Positions 9,241-16,084 of a DNA stretch of 32,000 bases are shown here, one piece after another. Source of the DNA: Haloferax volcanii DS2 (lineage in GTDB: Archaea > Halobacteriota > Halobacteria > Halobacteriales > Haloferacaceae). The stretch is from contig NC_013967.1 of NCBI RefSeq assembly GCF_000025685.1, forward strand, positions 360,001-392,000. Direction: 5' to 3'. Made by a program: the position numbers and the translations under genes. How positions within the stretch are numbered: position 1 is the first letter of the stretch; each line of letters opens with the position of its first letter. Below the pieces are notes generated by a model. The model saw only the letters and a program-made list of their open reading frames with translations, had not been told where the DNA came from and searched no databases.

Positions 9241-11091
9241 TTACGCCTCTGGTTCGGGCGCGGGCAGTTCCTGCGCGTCGTCGACGAGTCCCTGCGCGGG
9301 TTCCTCGCGAATCTCGTTGTGGAGCAGGACGCTGATGGGGAGCGTCGGCGCGCCGGTGACGAGGTTTTCGAGGACGATGAGGCGCTCGCGGGCGCGGGAC
9401 ATCCCGACGTAGAAGACGCGGCGCTCGTTGTCGGTGATGAGCGGGACGGGGCTCGTCGTCGCGGTGAACTCCTCGATGCCGCGGGCTTCGAGCTCCTCGT
9501 CGGAGACGGACGCCGCCATCTGCTCGACCACCTTCTCGGTCAGGTCGGTCGCCATGAACACGTGGTCGGCCTCGCGACCCTTCGCGGAGTGGATGGTGCC
9601 GACGCGGACGCGACTGGGGTCCATCTCCTCGTAGCCGCCGCCGAAGTACGCGTTAACGGACTTGCGCTGGAAGCTCGTCACCTTGCGGACCATGTCGCTC
9701 GCGGACGAACTGTCGGGGGCGAACGGTGCGAAGTTCTTGATTTCCTTCGGCGTGAACTCGATGTTCGTGATGTCGTCGACGCCGACTTCCTCCTGTCTGT
9801 CGTCGATGGCGTCGAAGAGGTCGTCGCGGTCGTTCGTGCCGAACGCGGAGTCCTGGAGCATGTCCGCGAGGCGACGGGCCTCCAGCCCGTTGACGGGCTC
9901 TTCGGCGTCGAGCGCCTCGACCGCGCGGACGTACTGCGTGAGCCGGTCGGTCCACATGCGCTGGTCGGTCAGCGTCGAGAAGGGGATGCCCGACGGGAGG
10001 AACTCGTCGATGAACTGGAACATCTGGTAGCGCGCGCGGAACAGCACCATCACGGTGCCCTCGTCTTTCTCGACGGTGTAGCGGACGTTCCGGGCGAGTT
10101 CGAGCATCGACGGACTCTCGACGGCCTCGACCGCGCCGCCTTCCTTGCGCGGCTTGAGGTCCTTCTCCTGTCGCTTGTCGATGTGGCGAATCTCTCGGTT
10201 GACGACGTTGAGGACGTTCGACGGGAGGCGGTAGGAGTTCGGCAGAATCTCGTCGTTGTCGCGTTCGGCGTCGAGGAGGAGGTTCGGGTCCGCGCCCTGC
10301 CACGCGTAGACGACCTGGTCGTCGTCGCCGGCGATGAGGACGCCCCGCATGTGGGGCTTCCACTCCTCGTACACGTCGTACTGGAGGGTCGTGATGTCCT
10401 GGAACTCGTCGATGACGAGGTAGTCGACGTTGGGGACGAGCGCGCGCTGCTTGACGCGTTCGAGCATGTCAGCGAATCCGACCAGCCCGTGTTCGCCCTT
10501 GTAGGCGCGCCACGCGCGGATGGCCTCGGGGATGTCGATGCGGTCGTCGTCGGACGGCCACGTCGGCGTGTACTTGTTCCCTTCCTGCGCGTTCGGGTCG
10601 ACTTCCGGCGGGAGGCGGACCTCCTCGACGTTCCACTGGAACGGCACGTCGTACCAGTCGGACACGTCGCGGCGGGTGCGCTGGAGCCACTGGCTCGTGG
10701 CGATGACCTTGTTCCCGATGGTGGTCGAGCGGGCGGTCCGACGGCCCGCGCCGCCGTACTCGTCTTCGAACTCGACGCCGTAGTCCTCGCAGAACTCCTG
10801 TTTGTCGCTCTCGCCGACCACGTCGTTCCGCGAGAGGCTCAAGAGTTCGTACGCCTTCGCGTGCATCGTCGAGACGTTCCCCTTCAGCGACCGGGGGTTG
10901 ATGTCGAGTCGCTCAGCGAGTCGGTCGCGGACCTCGGCCGCCGCGGCTCGGGTGTAAGAGACAACGAGAATGTCGCGGATGGTGACGCCGTCTTGTTCGA
11001 GAATCTCCTCGACCTTGTCGAGCAAGGCCGTGGTCTTCCCGCTTCCCGGGCCGCCGAACAGCCGGGTGACGGTCACGTCGGATTCGCTCAT
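9241..11091 (-). CDS. uvrD: UvrD/REP-family superfamily-1 ATP-dependent DNA helicase, 616 aa
   Basis: Walker A FGGPGSGKTT at the N-terminus, VVSYTRAAAAEVRDRL (motif Ia), LVIDEFQD (Walker B/DEXQ), GTIHSAKGREADHV and FYVGMSRARERL (motifs V/VI). Confidence 0.8.
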   Translation of the reverse strand: MSESDVTVTRLFGGPGSGKTTALLDKVEEILEQDGVTIRDILVVSYTRAAAAEVRDRLAERLDINPRSLKGNVSTMHAKAYELLSLSRNDVVGESDKQEFCEDYGVEFEDEYGGAGRRTARSTTIGNKVIATSQWLQRTRRDVSDWYDVPFQWNVEEVRLPPEVDPNAQEGNKYTPTWPSDDDRIDIPEAIRAWRAYKGEHGLVGFADMLERVKQRALVPNVDYLVIDEFQDITTLQYDVYEEWKPHMRGVLIAGDDDQVVYAWQGADPNLLLDAERDNDEILPNSYRLPSNVLNVVNREIRHIDKRQEKDLKPRKEGGAVEAVESPSMLELARNVRYTVEKDEGTVMVLFRARYQMFQFIDEFLPSGIPFSTLTDQRMWTDRLTQYVRAVEALDAEEPVNGLEARRLADMLQDSAFGTNDRDDLFDAIDDRQEEVGVDDITNIEFTPKEIKNFAPFAPDSSSASDMVRKVTSFQRKSVNAYFGGGYEEMDPSRVRVGTIHSAKGREADHVFMATDLTEKVVEQMAASVSDEELEARGIEEFTATTSPVPLITDNERRVFYVGMSRARERLIVLENLVTGAPTLPISVLLHNEIREEPAQGLVDDAQELPAPEPEA

Positions 11092-11107
11092 TGTGCACGT
11101 TCACGGC

Positions 11108-11122
11108 CTTATCGGTGATAAG
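11108..11122 (-). promoter_or_regulatory. perfect 6-3-6 palindrome cttatc-ggt-gataag at the helicase promoter/TATA position
   Basis: Lies 17-31 nt upstream of the uvrD-like ATG (11091), where the TATA box of a leaderless transcript is expected. Confidence 0.4.
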
Positions 11123-11249
11123 CGACGTGCTTCTGACGAGGGCGAACGCGCCCGGAGCAGTCGTACTCGCCGGGCGTTCGCGGACGGCTCACCGAACGGG
11201 TGAGAAACCGTCGAGAACAGGTGCTTGTGGCTTGGTCAGTTCGGACGCG

Positions 11250-11426
11250 TCAGGCCTCCGGCACCCACCCGCAGACGGAGCAGGTCGCCGCGCCCATGTC
11301 GTGCAGGGCCCCGCAGTCGGGACACTGCAACTTGTTATAGGATCGGTCCCAGCGTGCCGGTTCTGTCTCGTGACCGCGGTCGGTCAAGAACTGGTCGAAC
11401 AAGTCGTCACTGGGTGCTGAGGCCAT
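11250..11426 (-). CDS. small zinc-ribbon protein (58 aa), HVO_0416-like; below the ORF-track length cutoff
   Basis: My translation of the minus strand gives MASAPSDDLFDQFLTDRGHETEPARWDRSYNKLQCPDCGALHDMGAATCSVCGWVPEA*. It has CPxC...CxxC. TATA-like 'ctaaata' (plus-strand 11451-11457) lies 25-31 nt upstream of the ATG. Confidence 0.7.
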   Translation of the reverse strand: MASAPSDDLFDQFLTDRGHETEPARWDRSYNKLQCPDCGALHDMGAATCSVCGWVPEA

Positions 11427-11517
11427 ACATGGTATGATATGTCATGCCTCTATTTAGTTCCTACGACAACTCCGAGTCGTCGAAAACCGGGCGACTGCGG
11501 CGGACTGTTCCGCTCGT

Positions 11518-13026
11518 TTACAGGTCGTACAGCGCGCCGTATTTCGACTCGACGTAGTCGAGGAAGTCGTCGGCGGCGAACGCTTCGCCGGTGGCTCGCT
11601 TCACGAGGTCGTTCGTCTCGTAGCGCCGACCGTGGCGGTGGACGTTCTCCCGGAGCCACTCCCGGAGGTCGCCGAACTCGCCGTCGGCCAGTTTCCCGTC
11701 GAGGTCGTCGATGTCCTCCTCGGCGGCCGAAAACAGTTGGGCGGCCATGATGGAGCCGAGCGAGTAGGTCGGGAAGTAGCCGAAGTTCCCGTACGCCCAG
11801 TGGATGTCCTGCAGACAGCCCTCGGAATCGGTGTCCGGCCGGATGCCGAGGTACTCCTCGTACTTGTCGTTCCACGCCTCCGGCACGTCCTCGACGGCGA
11901 GGTCGCCGGCGATGAGTTCGCGTTCGAGTTCGAACCGGATGACGATGTGCAGGTGGTAGGTCAGTTCGTCCGCCTCGACGCGGATGAGGTTGTCGTCGTA
12001 CACCTGATTGGCGGCCTCGTAGGCCTCTTCGACCGTCGCGTCGACCTCCGGGAACCGGTCTTCGAGCGTGGGCAGGAAGTGCCGCCAGAAGGCCCGCGAG
12101 CGCCCGACGTGGTTCTCCCAGAGCCGCGACTGCGACTCGTGGACTGAGAGGTTGCGGTTCTCACCGAGCGGCGTCGCGTAGTGTTCGTCCGGCAGGCCGA
12201 GCGTGTACAGCGCGTGGCCGAACTCGTGGACGGTCGAGAACAGCGACCCGAGCACGTCGGACTCGTCGTAGCGGGTCGTCACGCGGGCGTCGAACTGCGT
12301 CCCCGACGAGAACGGGTGCGGGGCGGTGTCGAGGCGGCCGCGCTCCCACGGGTAGCCGAGCGTCGAGAGCGCGTCGCGGACGAGCGTCTCCTGGTCTTCC
12401 TCGGGGAACTCGCCCTCGAAGGCGTCCACCGCGAGGTCGACGTCGGACTCGCGGATGTCCTCTATCATCGGGACGAGCACCTCGCGCACCTCGGCGAGAA
12501 TCTCCTCGGCCTGTTCGAGGGGCAGACACGGCTCGTAGTCCTCGAACAGCACCTCGTAGGGGTCGCGGTCGGGGTCGATGTGCTCGGCGTACTGCCGCTT
12601 CAGTTCGACGTGCTTCTCCAGATGCGGCGCGAACGTCTCGAAGTCGTCTTCGGCCTTCGCCTGCTTCCACGCCGGGATGGCCTCCGAGGACGCCGCGGAA
12701 ATCTTCTCGACGAGGTCGTTCGGCACGCGGGCCGCCCGCTCGTAGTCGCGGCGGAGTTCGCGCAGCACGTCGGCCTGCTCGTCGGTCGGGTCGTCGGCCT
12801 CGGCCGAGTCGAGGAGTTCTCCGAACTCGTCGTCGGTCAGGAGTTCGTGGCTCAGCGCCGACAGCGCCGACATCTGCTGGGAGCGCGCGGGCGTCCCCTC
12901 GTCGGGCATCATGACCTGCTGGTCCCACGAGAGGATGCCGCCGGCGTTCTCGACGTTGGCGATTCGCTTGTACTTCTGGAGAAGCTGGTCGTACGGCGAT
13001 GCGTCTTCGGTGGGGGATTGTGCCAT
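11518..13026 (-). CDS. M32 family (Taq-type) metallocarboxypeptidase, 502 aa
   Basis: HEFGHALY (HExxH), HESQSRLWEN, IRVEADELTYHLH and DIHW motifs are typical of carboxypeptidase Taq/M32. Confidence 0.9.
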   Translation of the reverse strand: MAQSPTEDASPYDQLLQKYKRIANVENAGGILSWDQQVMMPDEGTPARSQQMSALSALSHELLTDDEFGELLDSAEADDPTDEQADVLRELRRDYERAARVPNDLVEKISAASSEAIPAWKQAKAEDDFETFAPHLEKHVELKRQYAEHIDPDRDPYEVLFEDYEPCLPLEQAEEILAEVREVLVPMIEDIRESDVDLAVDAFEGEFPEEDQETLVRDALSTLGYPWERGRLDTAPHPFSSGTQFDARVTTRYDESDVLGSLFSTVHEFGHALYTLGLPDEHYATPLGENRNLSVHESQSRLWENHVGRSRAFWRHFLPTLEDRFPEVDATVEEAYEAANQVYDDNLIRVEADELTYHLHIVIRFELERELIAGDLAVEDVPEAWNDKYEEYLGIRPDTDSEGCLQDIHWAYGNFGYFPTYSLGSIMAAQLFSAAEEDIDDLDGKLADGEFGDLREWLRENVHRHGRRYETNDLVKRATGEAFAADDFLDYVESKYGALYDL

Positions 13027-13052
13027 ATGATATCAGGTCGGTCCGGAACCGT

Positions 13053-13060
13053 AATAAAAT
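13053..13060 (-). promoter_or_regulatory. TATA box of the carboxypeptidase gene
   Basis: The minus strand reads ttttatta, 27-34 nt upstream of the ATG at 13026. Confidence 0.45.
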
Positions 13061-13220
13061 GAAGGAGATGCGAATTATAGTCCGTTGTTGTTCATTCGGG
13101 TGCTATCAGATGTGAAACCTCAAACCCATGGTGAATAGATAGTATGCCGACTTCGTTCAATCGACAGTGTCGGTTGTTGGGCTTGCTTATTCACCGTGTC
13201 GCGAGGTGAGTAACTAGACC

Positions 13221-14717
13221 TCACTGTTCGCCAACAATTTCCTCATTATGATACCGTAATAACTCGGTCGAAATATGGTGGTCTGAGTCCACGGCTAACT
13301 GTCTATCAGAGAGTGCTGAAGTGTGGGTATGTTCCAATTCAAGCGATTCTGGAGAGACACTTACGACACCATTGTCGAAGTCCGTGTGATGGTTTGGACA
13401 CAAGACTAGCATGTTTGATCTTTTGTCTGGTCCACTATGTGGCTCACCGAGAGGGACGATATGGTGAACTTCTGAGTACCGAGTACCGTCGTTCCGAAGT
13501 AACGTGGTTCCACACACCTGGCACTTATCGTCGTAGAGACGTTTCAACTCGTTGACTACCTCGCGATCGCGTCGTACTCTGTCGAGGACCGTCTGGTATC
13601 TTCCTATGTCTTCGTACAGTTCCGGTTCAACCTGTACTGGGTCGAAGTCTTCTCGTGGGAATGGGTCGGTACGTTGCCTCGTTTTGGTGTCTTCGTCTCT
13701 ATTCTCTTGCAGCAGGAGCTCGTCGCTCCAGATTTCTTCGAAGTAGGAAGGGTTGTACTCTCGTTTTCGGAAGGGCCCTCCCGTTCGGTCGCCAACGTAT
13801 AGGCAGTCACAGAGCAACTTGTAGAACCCTGTCTTCGTCGTGTGTACGTCCTCCTCGAACCGTGGGAGAATCGATTCGAGCATCAGTTCAGAGTGCTGTC
13901 TGAGGACGATAGAGTGCGGCAACAGTGTCTCGATAATCTTCCTCACATTTTGATGGGCAGTGAAATAGACCTGAAAATCGTGCCGCGTCGAGGAATTACC
14001 GTAGTCAATGCCTGTCGATTCACAATAGTCTAGTGCATAGTCGACGAGTTGTTTACTCACCCCTGTCAGATGCATTCGTGCAATTGGGTACATCGTGTAC
14101 CCAATTCGAACTTCGTCCGTTTGCGCGATGCTCGCACGGTAGCGGCAAATTCCATCAAACAAGCCAGCAAACCACTTTTCTGAATACCCAGATCGGCATC
14201 GTCCATCTGGCAGAGGAAGCGAGTCCACTCTCGACGGACGGACGTCGTACTCGTCGCTGAAGTCCTGCGGTGTGGTGTGATTCCGGCCTCTCGGACGCCA
14301 TCCATGCCGGAGTTCGTCACGCGTGATGAGCAGTTGATAGACGTCTTCGGCTGTCAACAATTGCCCACCGAACTGGTTGTCAGACAGGCTGGTCACGAAC
14401 GCTAATTCGTTGGCTAACTGCGCAGAGTGCCCGGCGAGATACTCATCAAGTTGTTGCAACTCACTATGCTGGTCAAGCAGAAAATACGATATCGAGTAGT
14501 CACCGTCGACAAATCGAGTGCTGTCGTACGATTGGCTGTCGAGAAACATACCCAGTACGTCACGGCGTGCTGTCGACTCGTAGGTCCGAATTCGGAGCGA
14601 AGGACGGACGGTGAATTTGTTGTCGGGCTGGGAGTGGATATTGAATTGTACCCTCCCAGTGGCGTCTAAGAGCCCAGCGACGTACTCCGGAGAAAGGACC
14701 TCTTCGGTTTCATTCAT
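13221..14717 (-). CDS. tandem LAGLIDADG-like domains fused to a C-terminal HNH (CCCH zinc) nuclease, 498 aa
   Basis: Motif 1 is YVAGLLDATG (aa 12-21) and motif 2 is WFAGLFDGIC (aa 182-191). HNH core: C399QVC402 ... EVH418H419IVP ... N435MLVLC440PNH443H444TDFDNG. A/T-rich codon third positions. Acidic composition, roughly 84 D+E against 53 K+R by hand count. Confidence 0.75.
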   Translation of the reverse strand: MNETEEVLSPEYVAGLLDATGRVQFNIHSQPDNKFTVRPSLRIRTYESTARRDVLGMFLDSQSYDSTRFVDGDYSISYFLLDQHSELQQLDEYLAGHSAQLANELAFVTSLSDNQFGGQLLTAEDVYQLLITRDELRHGWRPRGRNHTTPQDFSDEYDVRPSRVDSLPLPDGRCRSGYSEKWFAGLFDGICRYRASIAQTDEVRIGYTMYPIARMHLTGVSKQLVDYALDYCESTGIDYGNSSTRHDFQVYFTAHQNVRKIIETLLPHSIVLRQHSELMLESILPRFEEDVHTTKTGFYKLLCDCLYVGDRTGGPFRKREYNPSYFEEIWSDELLLQENRDEDTKTRQRTDPFPREDFDPVQVEPELYEDIGRYQTVLDRVRRDREVVNELKRLYDDKCQVCGTTLLRNDGTRYSEVHHIVPLGEPHSGPDKRSNMLVLCPNHHTDFDNGVVSVSPESLELEHTHTSALSDRQLAVDSDHHISTELLRYHNEEIVGEQ

Positions 14718-14738
14718 TTACCAGACGGTGACAGTATG

Positions 14739-14746
14739 ATTAAATG
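14739..14746 (-). promoter_or_regulatory. TATA box of the LAGLIDADG-HNH gene (leaderless spacing)
   Basis: The minus strand reads catttaat, 22-29 nt upstream of the ATG at 14717. Confidence 0.45.
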
Positions 14747-14823
14747 ATAGTTGTGGTTGAACGTCTCTGTTGACATCCTTGGAGTCGCCGCCACCGGCTA
14801 CTTACCTCTCCCCAGGCCCGAAA

Positions 14824-15918
14824 TCACCAATTTGCCACGAGCGCGCGGTACGTCTCGTAACACCGCGCCAGCACGTCGAGCGACACGCTCTCGTCTTTCG
14901 TGTGCGCCTCGCCCGGCTCCGAGGGGCCGTAGACGACGCAGGTCGTCCCGGCCTGCGCCAGCCATCCGGCGTCGGTCGCGTGGGGCTTCGTCGTCTGCTC
15001 CGGCTCCGCGTCGCTGCGGGCCTCGTGAACCGACCGGGCGGCGTCGAGGACGCGCTCGGCGAAGTCGGCGTCGTCGCACGCCATCGGCGGGAGGTCCTGT
15101 TCGACGACCCACTCGACGCCCTCGAGTTCCGCCGTCCGCGCGAGGTCAGCAAAGCCGCCGGGGACGGTCCGCTCGTCGAGAGTCACCTCGCAGCGGTCGG
15201 GGATGACGTTCCACGCGCTCCCGCCGTCGATTTCGGTGACGGCGATGCTCCCCGAGACGGGGTGGTCGAGGACCTCGGCGTCCGGCACGGAGAGACCGCG
15301 AACCACGTCCACGGCGTCGGTCGCGCGGTAGACGGCGTTCTCGCCGCGCTCGGGTCCGCTGGCGTGGCAGGCGGTCCCAGACGCGACGAGGGTGCTCGCC
15401 CGGCGGCCCCGGTGGGCGACGGCCACGTCCGTCCGGTTCGGTCCCGAGTAGTTCGTCGAGCCCTCGGCGACGACGGCGTAGTCGAGTTCGAAGCCGTCGT
15501 CGAGGGCGGCGCGGACGCCCTCCCCGCCGATTTCCTCGCCGACGAACGAGGCGAAGGCGACCTCCGAGTCGGCGTCGGCGGCCGCGTCGCGGAAGGCGAG
15601 CATCGACGCCGCGACGGCACCTTTCATGTCCGCGGCCCCGCGGCCGTAGAGGCGGCCGTCGCGGGTCTCGACCACGTAGTCGCCGCTGTCCGTGGTCTGC
15701 CGGTCGGCCGGCGGGACCACGTCGTGGTGGCCGACGAGCGCGAGCGACTCGCCGACGCCGGGGTTGACGCGGGCGACGACGTTCCCCGCGTCGTCTCTGG
15801 CCACGTCGGCGTCGGTCTCCTCGCGGAGCCACGCTTCGATGGCGTCGCCGGCGGCGGTCTCGTCCTCGTGGCTCGGCACCGACACGAGCGTCTCCGTGAG
15901 GTCGCGGAGTTCGTCCAT
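14824..15918 (-). CDS. M20 family metallopeptidase (ArgE/DapE-type deacylase), 364 aa
   Basis: [12 protein letters not shown] and GRGAADMKG motifs. Dimerisation-domain insert. C-terminal [11 protein letters not shown]. Confidence 0.85.
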   Translation of the reverse strand: MDELRDLTETLVSVPSHEDETAAGDAIEAWLREETDADVARDDAGNVVARVNPGVGESLALVGHHDVVPPADRQTTDSGDYVVETRDGRLYGRGAADMKGAVAASMLAFRDAAADADSEVAFASFVGEEIGGEGVRAALDDGFELDYAVVAEGSTNYSGPNRTDVAVAHRGRRASTLVASGTACHASGPERGENAVYRATDAVDVVRGLSVPDAEVLDHPVSGSIAVTEIDGGSAWNVIPDRCEVTLDERTVPGGFADLARTAELEGVEWVVEQDLPPMACDDADFAERVLDAARSVHEARSDAEPEQTTKPHATDAGWLAQAGTTCVVYGPSEPGEAHTKDESVSLDVLARCYETYRALVANW

Positions 15919-16084
15919 GCCGGCCCGTCGGCGGGTCGCTCCAAAAGCGTGTGCGTCCGGCAGTCCGCACGCAGGTCCGCCGCGATGCGGTCGGGCACTC
16001 CCTCGCGCCGCCTCGCGGGGAGACCGTTATCAAATTCCGAGAATACCCGGTCCGGCTTATGACGTATACCCCACACGTCGGAGT

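Larger units (their letters stand above)
13063..14785. mobile_element. low-GC islet (about 1.7 kb), putative horizontally acquired insertion carrying one homing-endonuclease-like gene
   Basis: Hand counts of individual 60-nt lines give about 40-57% GC here against about 65-70% in the flanks. The boundaries are approximate. No clear terminal repeats or integrase were found. Confidence 0.5.

Noticed and set aside
8182-11118. 978-aa plus-strand ORF, the longest in the window
   Set aside because: It is antisense to the M24-like and uvrD-like genes. The translation is Arg/Gly/Val/Asp-rich with no motifs. This is a typical shadow ORF of a high-GC genome. The minus-strand genes carry clear helicase and peptidase motifs.
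13313-14669. Several 63-84 aa ORFs on both strands inside the islet, overlapping the main ORF (13313-13555, 13552-13746, 13655-13903, 14033-14260, 14427-14669, and others)
   Set aside because: All lie within the 498-aa gene, either antisense to it or out of frame on the same strand. None has motifs or promoter geometry. They are not supported as partner, immunity or antitoxin genes.
13221-14717. Considered whether the LAGLIDADG-HNH ORF is an intein or an intron-encoded endonuclease
   Set aside because: There are no Hint/splicing blocks (no N-terminal Cys/Ser with C-terminal HN plus Cys/Ser/Thr context) and no host extein frame. No rRNA or tRNA intron context exists, and the ORF has its own TATA box and start. 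It is free-standing.
13027-14823. Searched the islet edges for target-site duplications, terminal inverted repeats, an att site or a tRNA
   Set aside because: Only weak matches of 7-9 nt were found, for example aaggagatg at about 13062 against catccttgg at about 14776, and gatagtatg against gacagtatg. These are consistent with chance. There is no integrase, transposase or tRNA, so I cannot call a defined mobile element or exact boundaries.
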